In this document: piece by piece, positions 34,199 through 47,473 of the stretch | Position numbering within the stretch: position 1 is the stretch's first letter | Layout: every line of letters starts with the position of its first letter | Assembly (NCBI GenBank): GCA_032718475.1 | Contig: JAUCBJ010004597.1 | Span: 1-50,943 of the forward strand | DNA from: Nemertoderma westbladi | Lineage: Eukaryota; Animalia; Xenacoelomorpha | Direction of reading: 5' to 3' | DNA length: 50,943 nt | Notes under the pieces: generated by a model | The model's database searches: none | What the model saw: the letters and a program-made list of their open reading frames with translations, nothing else | Told to the model about the DNA's origin: nothing | Position numbers and translations under genes: made by a program

Positions 34199-36736
34199 AT
34201 GAGTAAAAAAGATCCAACCCAACAATTTCACGATCCAAGCCACGACGAAATCGAGTTCAAACGACTCATAAGAAGTAGAGGAGCAAAGCGGTCCGCAGCA
34301 ACGAAAATCCTCAACGAGTTGGATGCAGAGGATCTTAACCAGTTGACATTCGAAAAGAAACGATCGAAGCTCAAAATCCTCAACTCTTACACGGAGAGTC
34401 TCGACAAATTCGACGACGAAATCTGGGGTCTACTCGACCAATCTCAAATCAACAAAGATATCGACGAAGCAACGAATTATAAGGTTAGACTCACTGAAAC
34501 TATAACTCTGTTAGAAATGTCTCTTTTAGCAGCCTCAAATCTACCTACAAGCACGAATGTTAGTAGTGGTGCAATAAATCCAGGTTCTAGTGCAGTTAGT
34601 AGTAGTACATATGCTATAAGTAGTCAATATGCCAGATCAGTGCTTCCAAAATTGGATAGACCTATTTTCAGCGGTGACGTTTTAGATTTTTGTGGTTGGC
34701 GAGATTCATTCCGTAGTGCTATACACGATTCTGGTCTTCCAGATGTACTTAAGTTACAACATTTAATGCAAGCTGTGCAAGGTGAAGCTAAAGCAGTAGT
34801 TGCTGGTCTATCAATCACTAGCGAAAATTATCCAGTAGCCATGGATCTTTTAGAACAAAGGTATGGTTCGAAACACCGAATCATACAGGCACACATAGAA
34901 AAGCTACGAAATATTGCGAATAAACAATTAACATTGAGACAAGTACACAATACATGTATGACACACATACGAGCATTGGAAGCACTTGGCACTAATCCAC
35001 AACAATATCAAATAACTGTGATACCAGACATCATGAAAACTTTAGATTTTGCATATGGCACTAAAATACTAGAAAAGAAAAATAACAACATCGATGATTT
35101 ATTGTGGCTAATGAACCAAATAGGTACACGATTAGCAAGTGAGGAAGTGATGAACACATATAAAAATGAAACAAACGGAACAAATTCCATAAACAAAATA
35201 ACAACACCGAGACAAAATGATAGATCAATGACATCTACAGTAGCGGCATTTCCAATTACTGCCAATGCAACAAACATTGTAAAGCCCAAACAACAACAGG
35301 GAAATTTTCAACATCAAAATAAATCACAAGTACCGGTAATAAAGTGCGTATTTTGTGATCAAACGCACTATTCATCAAACTGTCAAGTCATTACAGATAT
35401 TGAGCAGCGTAAACACATTCTATCAAATAAACGACTGTGTTACAGGTGTATCAAGGGTGGCCATATAGCAAGGGACTGTCCACGTGACAAACCTTGTTAT
35501 AATTGCAAGAAATATGGACACCACGCTGCAATATGTAACAAACTGACAATGTCTCGTCCACAAATCCAAAAACCATTAAAAGATATCAACAAAACATCGG
35601 TTAACGTAATATCTGTTAATAATAGTTCAACATTGTCTGTTCAAGTTTCAGGTTTATCGGTAATAACTTCAAATGGTATTCTTCAAACAGCAATAATGAA
35701 TTGTCAGTATCAGTCGGTTAATGATTCAAATTCATGTCAGGTTAAAGGATTTTTTGATCAAGGAAGCCAGCGGTCATTCATTGTGAAATCCATAATTCAA
35801 AAATACAACTTACCCATTATAGGAACCGAACTTATTGAAGTCAATAATTTCCAAGGAATTCCAGGTGAGGATGTCAATTCAAATGTTTCATTGTTAGAAA
35901 TTGCTCAGATTACATTAATTCTACGTGACAAGAAAACGGTTGTCGTATCAGCATTGGTTGTAGATAACATTTGTTCCCCAATTCAAAATAACATTTGTTC
36001 TAAAGACATTACGGACAGTATTAATTCAAACATAGTAGACGACATACTTAATAAAAACCATAGTGATCAACCGTTTGAAGTTGAAATTTTAATTGGCTCA
36101 GATTACTACTGGGATATAGTAACTGGGAAAATGTTTCGTATTTCCGGAACGGGATTGGTAGCTCTGGACTCAGGGGTGGGTTGGCTACTTTCCGGTAAAA
36201 TGGAAAGTGATACAAATGTTAGAGAAAACAAAATTCAAAATAACAGTACAAGTACATGTATGTTGGTTAAGTCTGAGTTACAAAGGCAAAGTACTGGAAT
36301 CTCGGTCAATGAAAATTTTTTCGAAATCCTTAAAAAATTTTGGGCATTAGACAGTTTTGGGATATTTCCACCAGAAAACGAGATATCATCCAAAGAACTA
36401 TTAAATATACGGTTTGACACTAACGGTTTATATACGGTTGATTTGCCTTGGACATTACATCACGACAAATTAATTGACCATTATTCCCTATGTAATAAAC
36501 AATTACATTCTCTAATTCGTCGTTTACATAAGACTGGCCTATTAGAGAGATACAACAGCGTATTTCAAGAACATTTATCAAAGGGATACATTGAACCAGT
36601 TTCACTTGACGAACCAACTCAGACCCAAGTACATTACATACCACATCACGGCGTGCTACGTGAAGAACGAGAATCAATCATGTGTTGTTTTCAACGGCTC
36701 AGCAAAATGTTATCCTGGGGACACTTCATTAAATGA
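34199..36736 (+). CDS. gag: BEL/Pao Gag-protease polyprotein N-terminal part (frameshifts in early RT at ~36680)
   Basis: LPKLDRPIFSGDVLDF..F; knuckles CVFCDQTHYSSNC, CYRCIKGGHIARDC, CYNCKKYGHHAAIC; protease FFDQGSQRSFI..ILIGSDYYW; YIPHHGV. Confidence 0.93.
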   Translation: MSKKDPTQQFHDPSHDEIEFKRLIRSRGAKRSAATKILNELDAEDLNQLTFEKKRSKLKILNSYTESLDKFDDEIWGLLDQSQINKDIDEATNYKVRLTETITLLEMSLLAASNLPTSTNVSSGAINPGSSAVSSSTYAISSQYARSVLPKLDRPIFSGDVLDFCGWRDSFRSAIHDSGLPDVLKLQHLMQAVQGEAKAVVAGLSITSENYPVAMDLLEQRYGSKHRIIQAHIEKLRNIANKQLTLRQVHNTCMTHIRALEALGTNPQQYQITVIPDIMKTLDFAYGTKILEKKNNNIDDLLWLMNQIGTRLASEEVMNTYKNETNGTNSINKITTPRQNDRSMTSTVAAFPITANATNIVKPKQQQGNFQHQNKSQVPVIKCVFCDQTHYSSNCQVITDIEQRKHILSNKRLCYRCIKGGHIARDCPRDKPCYNCKKYGHHAAICNKLTMSRPQIQKPLKDINKTSVNVISVNNSSTLSVQVSGLSVITSNGILQTAIMNCQYQSVNDSNSCQVKGFFDQGSQRSFIVKSIIQKYNLPIIGTELIEVNNFQGIPGEDVNSNVSLLEIAQITLILRDKKTVVVSALVVDNICSPIQNNICSKDITDSINSNIVDDILNKNHSDQPFEVEILIGSDYYWDIVTGKMFRISGTGLVALDSGVGWLLSGKMESDTNVRENKIQNNSTSTCMLVKSELQRQSTGISVNENFFEILKKFWALDSFGIFPPENEISSKELLNIRFDTNGLYTVDLPWTLHHDKLIDHYSLCNKQLHSLIRRLHKTGLLERYNSVFQEHLSKGYIEPVSLDEPTQTQVHYIPHHGVLREERESIMCCFQRLSKMLSWGHFIK

Positions 36737-39700
36737 ATGCCTTCATAAAGGACCAAACAATGTTCCCCTGTTACTCAAAGTTCTCATACGATTAAGAGAA
36801 CATGCTATTGTAATTACGGCCGACATAGAGCAAGCATTTTTGCGATGCCAAATTAATACATTAGATCGAGATTGTCTGAGGTTTCTATGGGTACCGGATA
36901 TAGAAAACATTAATTTTGATTCATTGGATATTTGCGTTTACAGGTATACTCGAGCACTTTTCGGTTTGATATGCTCATCCAATATTCTGGCGGAGACGCT
37001 TGATACACATCTTGAGACACAACGTTCAATCTTAGACAAATCTCAACATTCAGCAATCGATAAGTTGAAAGATCTATACGTAGACGACTTGGCCACAGGT
37101 GTTAAAACTATTCAGGAAGGTATAAAATTCAAGACAGACGCGTGCAACATTCTTCAAGCCGGAGGATTTAATATTCGTAGGTGGGTGACAAATTCTCCAG
37201 AATTACAAAGAGAGTTTGATAAAGAGTCATGTGGTAAGTTAAATAATAACAATACAATTTTAACAGAAATAGTAGAAGACAAACAAACATATGCCCAATC
37301 TTCTTTGAACATACCTTTGTCTCAAACATCAGACATAAAACGTGTTTTAGGCCAAGGCTGGTCCACAAAGAACGACACATTTTGTTTTGATGTAACACCA
37401 GTTTACGATTACGTAAAATTATTAACAAAAAACAAGAAAGCTATTTTACAGCTTTCTGCTCGTTTATATGACCCTTTCGGCATTTTAATCCCATTCACTG
37501 GTCTCATAAAAGCGGAATTTCAAACTTTGTGTCAAACAACAAAAAAATGGGATGAACCGCTTTCAGGAGAATTATTAACAAAGTGGAACAATTGGTCGGA
37601 TAAATTATTATATTTAAACCGTGTGGAAATCCCGAGAAATTTGTTTGCAAAAACCAAAGATGTGCTTACTGTGGAATTGCACGGGTTCTCGGACGCCAGC
37701 AAAAAGTTGTGCGCTGGTGTAATTTACATCAAAACAACATACACAGACAAATCGTGTTTAGTGGAATTTTTAATTGCTAAGTCAAAGGTATGTCCATTGT
37801 CGCATAATAAATCAAAGAAACCAAAGGTCATACAAACCGAGGGTGATGACACTTCAATCCCTAGAAAGGAACTTTTAGGAGAGGTACTGTTAGCAAATCT
37901 TATAGACTCTTCAGTTTCAGCGCTAACCACTCCATTAGACAAGCTATTCATGTGGATGGATGCATATGACGTATTGTATTGGTTAATAGGGAATTCAAAT
38001 AAGTACAACGAGTTTGTGCATAACAGAGTAGAAGTAATTCGTACAATTTCATCTCGTTTGTCCATAGAATGGCGTTACTGTCCCACGTCATTAAATCCAG
38101 CTGACATACCAACACGAGGTTTATTACCAGATAAACTTGTAGATTCTAGTTTGTGGTTTAACGGTCCAGAATACCTCCAACAAGATTCTCAACATTGGCC
38201 TGTGCAAAAGATATTGTCAGAACATTTATCTCCAAATGGAATTAAGGAAATTAAATCAACCAAGGCCAAGCAAACAGTCTCAATCTTACAAACAGACACG
38301 AAACCGTCAATCTTACAATTAGTTAATTGTTCAGATTCAAGCCACATGGTGGCGCTCGTCAGGAAAGTAGCTTTGATCTACAGGTTTGTTAATAATTTAA
38401 AAGCGAAGTGTAAAGGAATTTCAGGAAATAAATTAAGTGGAGCGCTAACTAGAGAAGAATTAGTTGTAGCAGAAGGAGTAATTATTAAAGCGATACAGCT
38501 GGAAACATTTCCAAGTGAGTTAAACTATTTGCAGAAATATAATTCGAATCTCAAACGTCCGACAATGTTAAAGCAGTTGAATCTGTTTTTAGATCAAACC
38601 GGTATAATTCGTAGCAAAGGTCGTGTGCAAAGTCCATTCATTTCATGGCATGCTTGTAACCCAATACTTCTTCCACAATCACATTACTTTACGCGATTAG
38701 TTATCCTTGAAGCTCATGAAATAGTCACTCACTCTCGCGTGAGGGATACTTTAGTTCAAGTTCGGGAAAAATTCTGGATAACTCGCGGTAGACAAGAAGT
38801 TCGCAAAGTCATACATGGATGTATTACATGTAAACACGTACAAAGTAAACCTTATACGGTTCCCGCAACAAGTCCATTACCTACAGAGCGTGTTTCATCA
38901 GATTTAGGACCATTTGAAGCCGTTGGTATCGATTTTTGTGGTCCCTTAACGATAGTCAACCCTCAAACGACCATTCCAAATAATAATCAATCTCCTTTTT
39001 TCAAGGTTTACATTGCATTGTTTACTTGCGCTAACATTCGAGCAGTACATTTGGAGTTGGTAAGCAATCTAACATGTCAAGCCTTTATTGCAGCTTTCCA
39101 TCGATTCATTGGAAGAAGAGGTATTCCTCAATATATATTTTCAGATAACGCGTCAATTTTTAAACGGACGGAGCAGGAAATCAAAGCACATAAAACATTT
39201 TTAGAAAGTGACGAGGTAGTACAGGAATTTGGAAAACTGCACATGGACTGGAAATTCAATGTCCCATTGAATCCATCAGCATATGGCTTCATAGAAAGGT
39301 TAGTTGGTCCATCAAAACTTATCTTGAAGAAGGTAATAGGACGAGCAATACTAACATTTGAAGAACTAATGACATTTCTTGTATCCGCAGAAGCAACAAT
39401 TAATAGCCGTCCACTTACATTTATTTCAGATGACCCCAAGGAATCATACCAAACATTAACACCCGCACATTTTCTTGTAGGTCGGCGATTATGTTCTCTA
39501 CCTTACGTTACAGGCAAAGTTAAGTTAAGTTTAATAAACCAACAAAGAATCAATTGGTTGAATCATTAAAACGACAAGAAAGAGCCGCTAACCATTTTTG
39601 GCAAATGGAAGGAAGAATACGTAGTTAGTTTAAGAGAAAGTCACAAAAAATGTAATCTTGATCCCAAATCACCAGTGGTCCCTAATGTAGGTGACATTTG

Positions 39701-40084
39701 TTTACTGGAGGACAGACTTCGTCCTCGTTGCTTTTGGAAATTATGTAAAGTAGAAAAATTAATAATAAGCAAGGATGGGAAATGTAGAGCAGTACAAATA
39801 TCAGTCGCGAAACGAAAGAAAGCACTAAACTTATCAGATCAATCAAACGAGTAATTCCATTAGAAGTGAACGAAAATGACAAAGAGGAAATATCAACTGT
39901 CGCAATACAACAGACTTACAATAAACCAAATACAGACAAAGTCAGTAACAGTAAAGTCACAATTATCGCAAATCAAAAAAATGACAAGCAAGCTTTACCG
40001 AGTACATCACAACCTGCCGTTGGACGTACTCGCGATCTGTTGCCTAGAAATGCCAAAAAGTTAAAAGTTGGCGTTTACAAATAA
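36680..40084 (+). CDS. pol: BEL/Pao Pol (RT, RNase H, integrase); open to 39569, then further frameshifts in the integrase C-terminus
   Basis: VVFNGSAK..ADIEQAF..FGLICS..LYVDD; LYDPFG; HGFSDAS..NPADIPTRG; H-x4-H..CITC; IDFCGP..SDNAS..FIERLV. After 39569, shifted frames give HFW, WKEEY, VGDICLL and IKRVIPLEV. Confidence 0.93.
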
Positions 40085-40631
40085 GCAAATTTTAGTAAAT
40101 TTGCAACTACTGTTTTGCATTTTGTATGTACAGTAATACAGTTATGTGTAAAGTAAGTAGTACAGTAGACACTTATATTTGTTTTGTTGGATGAAGACTC
40201 TTATATATTTGTTTTGTTGGAAGATTAAATATGAATATATTATGTAAATTTATGTAATATTATGTAAACAAAATGCCTTTCTAGTAAAGTAATATTATTT
40301 ATTTAACGGTAAACGAACTCCACTATGTAGTAAGTATAGTACCATTGTTAAAAACTCAATTGGTGTTGTTTATAATATTATTTGTGTCATTAATCGTATG
40401 TAGTAAAGTTAATTACGTGATGTTTGCATTATTTATTAATTATAATATTAAATACGGTATATTAATTTTGTTTTGGTATAAATGGTAGATATGGTTATTA
40501 GGTTATGAATTATTGCATTATTTAATTCATTTGTACAAATATATTATTTATACTGAAGTTAATTTCTCATTTAGCATATTACCTTCATTAACTTAAAATG
40601 CAATGATATTTTGTTCTACTGCATCGTGAAC

Positions 40632-40669
40632 AAAGGGGGAGTGTTATGTAACCAAAGCAAAAGGGGGAG
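40632..40669 (+). promoter_or_regulatory. Duplicated polypurine tract plus LTR start
   Basis: AAAGGGGGAG-TGTTATGTAA occurs at 40632-40651 and again at 40660-40679. Confidence 0.9.
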
Positions 40670-41007
40670 TGTTATGTAATGTGATCTGTAATAATGAAAC
40701 CAATACGTAGTAAATTGCAATACATTGTTTAAATTGATTAGCCAACACACTAAGTATATAATGTTTGCCCCAGAAATAAATCCGCGTAAAGGTCTATCCA
40801 TAGAAGCCATTAATTAACTGTAATGTGCAAATTAATTAGACTAACCATATGTTAACCTCACAGTTTGTGCAGTACGTAATATATAGTTGTTAAAGAATGT
40901 ATTCTAACTAGTGCCAAATTGAGTTCCAATATAGTATCTTTCCGTATTTAGTACACTATTATTTTCCATTCCATAAATGGACTTCCACTTGGGGAAGATC
41001 CACAACA
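40670..41007 (+). repeat. 3' LTR (338 bp)
   Basis: Near-identical to 33756-34094. Confidence 0.97.
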
Positions 41008-41855
41008 ATATATCAATTGATTGAGTCACCTTGTTTCTTGCGTTATACGGGTTTGTGAGGGTTCTGAATTCAATGGAATCAGTAAAAATTTCATAAGAGT
41101 TTTCAAACTTGTATTTTTCGCCGGTGGGTAAAATTGTTGTGCCAGCACCAAATTTTGGAAAATAAGTAAATTGATCAGTAGATAGTATCATCTTGTTTCT
41201 TGCGTTATACGGGTTTGTGAGGGTTCTGAATCTGTTGGAATCAATAAAAACAGCACTGGACATCGCAAACTTGTACTTTTTGGTGATGGGTACGAAATTT
41301 GGTGCTAGCACCAAAATTTGCCAAATTACGCCGAAAAATACAAGTAGCAATGATCTGGCATATTAGAAATTGAAATATTAGAACATTAGAATCAGCGCCC
41401 TAGAAAACCTGAAATGTGAATTTATAGCATCGTATAAGTGAATTAAAAATTTTGTTTTCTAACTGAAAAGTGCTGGTTACTTGTTTTTTTCATTTTTTTT
41501 CCTACGCAGAGAGGAGTAAACAGCTATTTATAGTAATCATATCATTTTTAAATATTTTCAAATGTATTTTGCGCCCCAGAAAACCTATATTGAAAAACAA
41601 TTAGCCGAAAAATTTAACTTTCAAATTTTGTGAAAATTGTGCATTACTTGTAATTTAGGTGCTGCAATATAATATAACCACCCCAGTACATTTTTTCGTT
41701 CGGATCCAGACTAGTGATACCTACGTACAAACAAAAAATCAGACGTTTTCGTAAAGATGTGTAGATTTTAGAGGGATGGGTCAATATGACCCCCCCCCCC
41801 CCCCCCCCCCCCGGTATTTGTACAACTTTTTATAGCCCGGTACTAATAGGGTTAA

Positions 41856-43372
41856 ATGTATGCCAATCCGGAAGAATATACTCGTGTGCTTGGAATAATT
41901 TGGGACTCGACAAGTGATATTTTTAAATTCAAGATTAAACTAAACTTTTCTAAGAAAGAAAAGAACTGGACTAGACATACTGCCAGAAAATCTGTTAATC
42001 AGTTTACCGCCTATACTTACAAGAAGAGTGGTAATGAGTCAAGTAATGACATTATTTGACCCCTGTGGATTATTAGTTCACTTTAACATCAAGGAAAAAA
42101 TACTAATACGTGCAACTTGGATGCATAAAATAGAGTGGGATAGTCCATTACCAAGTTGTTTGCAAGAAATATGGATAGATTTCTTTAAGGAGTTATATGA
42201 AGTAAGTTCTTTGGAATTTATGAGATGCATTAAGATTCTATAGGATGCTATAGGTGAACCTCAACTGATTATTTTTTCAGATGCAAGCCAAGAAGCTTAT
42301 GGGGCTGTGGCTAATGTCAGGTGGGAACTCAGCAACAGAGGTTGCTCATGTCAACTTGTTGTAGCTAAAGGGTAGATAGCATCACCTAAAAGTCTTTCAA
42401 TACCGAGATTAGAACTAAATGGTGTAGTTATGTCAAAACATTTGCGGAAATTCTTAGAGAAGGAAATGAGGTTAGAATTTTCTGAAATTATTCATATTAT
42501 CGATTCCACGGTTGTATTGGGAATGTTGAAGAAGACGAATACACGCTTTTCAAATAATATGGGAGTTCGGGTTGGTTAAATTCAAAATGCCACTGTGTAT
42601 TCCGAAGAAGGTGATCTGCAAGAATGCTTTTGGATTGAAGGGTCTAAGAATATTGCAGACTTAATCACTCGAGGATGCAAGCCGATTGAGTTACATTATT
42701 CCCACAGTATTTGGCAATCTGGACCTGAATTTCTTTACAAGCCAAGATGTGAATGGCCAATAACATCAAATGTAACAACCGAGCTATCAGAAACTGCAGA
42801 AGAGAAAGGAAATATCAATGTGCAAGAATATAATATTTCTTCAAATCAACATGAGCCAATCCCAAACATTTCTACCATCATTAACCCATTGGGGTTTAAT
42901 TGCTTCATAAAATTAATCAGAGTCATTGCATGAGTAATGGGAATTTTATATATAAAAGAAGATGCAAAGCGACATTTGAAAAGCATGTTTGATGGTCTAT
43001 TATTGAACAGTGAAATTCAAATTGCTGAGTTATTATTAGTAAAGAAAGTACAAGGGATCATTGAAACTGAGCTTAAATTATCTGTTGGCAGTTCACGAAC
43101 TAGAAGATACCAAACTATTAATGATTGATGCACATGGGCAAGGACATGTAGGAGCTGCAGCTACTCTCATTAAATTTCGCCATGAATATTGGGTTGTCAA
43201 TGGATTGAAGCTAGCAAGAAATATTCGGAATAGATGCACAGTTTGTAGAAAAATTGACTTGAAGCCCGAAAAACAGGTGATGGGCGCAGTTCAAAAAAAA
43301 CTTATAATGCCTGCTCCTGTTTGGGCGTATGTAGTTGTTGATCAATTTGGACCATATATCGTAAAAGGGGAA
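41856..43372 (+). pseudogene. Old BEL/Pao element continued (RT C-terminal part, RNase H, integrase N-terminus); probably the same element as 30900-33579
   Basis: RVLGIIWD..LFDPCGLL..IEWDSPL..LIIFSDASQEAYG..SIPRLELNG..DST..NIADLITRG..WQSGPEFL..AHGQGHVG..CTVC..DQFGPY. Confidence 0.9.
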
Positions 43373-44346
43373 GCTATGGACCTATCAATACCCTAATGGA
43401 ACCAAAGCACAACTGGATTACATCCTTATAAACAAAAAGTGGAGAAATAGCATGATCAACTGCGAGGCATACAGCTCGTTCAACCTAATTGGTTCGGACC
43501 ACTGAATTGTGACTGCAGAGATCAGTTTGAGAGCCAGCAAACCCAGGACAAGCAAGCAAATCAACTATGACTGGGAGAAACTCAGAACTGACAATGCTGT
43601 AAAGGATGCTTACACAGTAGAAGTTCAAAACCGCTTTGAAGCACTTCAGTCAATGGATGAAGACCAATCCACCAATTCAATATACCAGAATATAATAACA
43701 GCCCACAAGGAATCAGCTAAGAGGCATATCCCCCAGAAACCCAAACGAAAACAGTATGTGCCATGGCAAAACTCTGAGGTTACTTGTAAGAGAGATGATC
43801 TTAAGATAGCCTACAAAGTTAAAACCGACCAACCAACAACCGAAAACATTAACAAGGTTGGGAAAGCTAAGGACGATCTTAAATTGGCCTACAACATCAG
43901 TCAGGAAAAGTACATACAGGATAAAACTGAAGCAATTACAACTGCTCAAATACAGCAACAATCAAGACTTACCTGGCAAACTGTAAATTAGGTATCTGGT
44001 CGGAAAAGTTGTGCAAAGGGGCGCCTCAAAGCCGATAGTCCTGAAGAACGTGTTGGGAAGTGGAAAAATCACTTCAGCAAGTTGCTTGGGCAGCCACCAA
44101 ACATCGAGGTCAGCCCTACAATGAAAATATATGACAAGACACTACCTATAGAAACAGGGGACTTCACACCTGCCGAACTCCAAAGAAGCATTAAAAGCAT
44201 GTCCAATAATAAAGCGAGTGGATTAGATGAAATCCTAGCGGAGGTATGGAAACTGGAGTGCTAAACAGACCATTATTGAATGTTTGCAACCGGATGTTAA
44301 AAGGGGAAAAGCCACCACCAATTTGGACTAAAGGTCAACTAAAGCC

Positions 44347-47300
44347 TATAATATAATATAATATAATATAATGTATATTTTTCCAAAACAAGTTGGGCCG
44401 ATTCAATAACAAGTTGCACACTTATGTGGAGTCGTCTCGGCCAGAATAATTACAAACAGGTAAGGCACGGAATACAAATATACAATATATAAATGATATA
44501 CATAACATAAGTAATACTTAATACTATACAGTTACAATACACTTACCATGCACGCACATAGCCCCATACAATACACACTGTCCCCCCCAGAAACCCTCTG
44601 CCAATCCCGCTGCACCCCACCCACATCCATCCCACCCTGAATGGAGAGAAACCCGACCTGCTCGCCGCATTAAGTCGCTGATGTCACAAAGGTGCTTTTA
44701 AGCAAGGTATGGCGAAAATAATAAGTTGAGTGTAATAGTCTTCACCTGGGAAAATAACCACGAATCACGATTGAGTGGTGCACAATAACATTTGTTTAAT
44801 ATTAATGCAATTTTTGAATAATTTTGACAAGATATGCCACACCATCACCCACTTCTTAGTAAAATACGAAAAGCAAGATAAAACATTCTGACTGGGACAA
44901 TGAAAAAAGAAAATGAAAAAATAAGGAATATTAGTAACCCAGCGCATTAAACCTGTTTGTTGCCTCGATAAAAGTTGCCACAGCCTAAATAAGGACAGGT
45001 GCTTTAGATGCAACGATGCTGGGGCTGCCAGTAGGTCCATGTAAGATAACATGAACCGAAAAACGGAGGTCAAGTTGTAACATGGACTGATTAAGTACCA
45101 ATCGAGGGCCAGTGTACCGCGTGCATTCCATAAAATAGTGGTACACATCTTCGCAGGGATGGCCGCACCCACAAGTTCTATAACTAGTAACCTTTGCACG
45201 AAATAAGTCGTCATTTAAAGACGAACAGATGCATCGCATACGAGCAAGCAGGCCGTTAATTTTTGGGCTACCGAGCAAGTAGTATGATGGCACTGCTGCG
45301 GATGGGTAAAGGTGATTACTTGCTAAATTTTTAAAACTATTAGCAGATGTTGCATTACGTATATTATCCGGTAAGTCGTTCCATATTCCTATGGAAGATA
45401 GTAAAAATGAATTTTTAAAGTAATTATTCCGAGCAAAAGGTACCCTATAATTATCTCGATTTCTTGTACAATATGGGGAAGACTGAGCCAAGGTTTCTGG
45501 AAGTAATTCGCGCAGATGTGGGGGAGCTGAATTTTTTGTCATTTTATATAGAATAATTAATTTTTGAATTGTCCTTCTATTTTGTAGGGTCGATATTCCA
45601 GATTCAGTATATAAACTGACAGTTGAACAAGAAATGGTTAATCGGCATATTATCCTAATGGCTTCCTTATTTATCAGCTCCAGTTTATACTTTAGTTCGT
45701 TAGAACAATTGTCCCACACTGGCCCTGCATACTCCAGACCAGAACGAATAAACGCCACATATATTTTGAGAAGTGCTGCCCTATCTACTTTATATTTAAC
45801 AGCGCGCAACATATTTAGTTTAAGCGTAGCTTTAGTAATAATATTTTTAATATGAGCATCCCATGTTAAATCAGACGATATAGTACATCCAAGATGTTTA
45901 TGACTCTCAACTTCTTCAATTATGTCATTATTCAAATAAAGGATACCATGTTCAATATGCCTAACCTGTTTGTGGGAGACCAACATTGCCTCAGTTTTTG
46001 AAGCGTTATATGTGACTAACCATTTTTTGCCCCAATCAAAAACATTAGCCAGGTCGGCATTAAGAGCCGCCGTGGCTACACTAGGTTCCCCCACAATAAC
46101 GTACAGAGATGTATCATCCGCAAATAACTTTACTTTAGAACTAACAATATCGACAATGTCATTAATAAAAACTAAAAATAACAATGGACCTAGCACAGAA
46201 CCTTGTGGAACCCCTGCAAGCGTTAATAACCACGTGGACTGACACCCATTAATTAAGACGCACTGCATATTGTTGGATAAATAACTTTGAAACCATTTCA
46301 ACAGAGAGCAAGATATCCCCATCCGCTCTAGTTTATGTAGTAGTGCGGCATGATGAACCTTGTCAAATGCTTTACTGACATCGAGAAATACCAATCTTAC
46401 CTCTTTACCCTTGTCAACGGCACTAACCAACTCGTGGTACAATGTAAGTAATTGGTAAACACATCCGTCCCCGCGGCTGAAACCAGATTGAAATTTTGTT
46501 ATATAACCCTTTATATGATTGATTACGTATTTAAATATAATGCGTTCGAAAAGTTTACCAAGGCAGCTCGTTAGGGACACTGGCCTATAATTAAGACATT
46601 CAAATCGTAAACCTTTTTTAAAAACCGGGGTAACGAACCTTTTTTTCCAAGATGCGGGATGCCATGCCTTATCTAATATAAGTTGAAAGAGTTTGGAAAA
46701 ATTACGAGCCATAAAAGGTAAAGCAGATAAAATCATTTTATTTGAGATTTTATCCCCAGGTGACGCAGCTTTACCAGGACACAGATCTTTGGCTGCAGCT
46801 AAAACGTCAATTCTAGAAATGTTTATTTCAGTAAGTACAGGCTCAGGCATTGGCCCCTCTGGGATAATAAAGTTCGAACAATCTAGTTTATATTGGTCTG
46901 TAAAATAGACATTAAAGAGATCAGCTTTTTCACGACTATTAGTCGCAATGTGATCCCTGTAGTATACTGGCGGAATCTCAGGTTTAACCTGGAGGCCAAT
47001 TACAGATTTGCAGATACCCCACCATTTCTTTTCAGTGATATTATTGTCAAAGCACAATTTGTCGGATAACCCTTGGTAAAAATCCTGTTTTGCAATTTTA
47101 CACTTATTAGTGTAATCACCGCGTATTAATCTAAACCTTGCCCAGGCAATTTCGGTATTCTGTTGACATGCTTGCTTATGTTTCCTGTTTTTTTTATTAG
47201 CCAGTGCAGTTACTGGAGTTATACCAAGGTTTATCACATGGTCTAATTGTTACATACTTATTTGGTAGAGCAGCTGCTGCGCATTCTAAAAATTTATCAG

Positions 47301-47473
47301 ACCATTTAGAAATAACTGCATCAACGTCATCAGTTTCGTTATTAATTATATCGTCCCAGTTAATATCGCGCAGGCAGTCCAAAAAAAGTTGATAATTGGC
47401 CTCATTATATAACCAAATGTGGCGTCTATATGCTGTTTCTTTGTATATTTTAAAGTTATATTCGAATTTTACT
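44347..47473 (-). mobile_element. 5'-truncated CR1-group LINE inserted antisense into the RTE
   Basis: (ATTAT)n 3' tail at ~44347-44372. The RTE frame KP|LPKKGD is rejoined across the insertion. Confidence 0.9.
44985..47470 (-). CDS. CR1-group ORF2 remnant: RT with C-terminal Cys/His finger; one frameshift at ~47200
   Basis: RHIWLYNEAN..KPWY; NYRPVSLTSCLGKLFE..FQSGF..FLDVSKAFDKV..GVPQGSVLGPLLF..LFADD..HKHLG; CGCGHPCEDVYHYFMEC. 750 aa open. Confidence 0.9.

Larger units (their letters stand above)
33756..41007 (+). mobile_element. Young full-length BEL/Pao LTR retrotransposon (7.25 kb)
   Basis: TGTT...AACA LTRs, 5 bp ATATA TSD (33751-33755 and 41008-41012), PBS, PPT, and gag-PR-RT-RH-IN domain order. 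Confidence 0.97.
33580..41851 (+). mobile_element. piggyBac-like MITE, copy 3: left ~580 bp missing, split by the young BEL element
   Basis: 33580-33755 and 41013-41851 match internal and right portions of copies 1 and 2. Ends CCGGTACTAATAGGG-TTAA (41852-41855). Confidence 0.9.

Noticed and set aside
36591-36736. Programmed gag-pol ribosomal frameshift
   Set aside because: The shift falls inside early RT, where conserved residues seem to be missing, and I see no clear slippery heptamer. A deletion or sequencing error is more likely.
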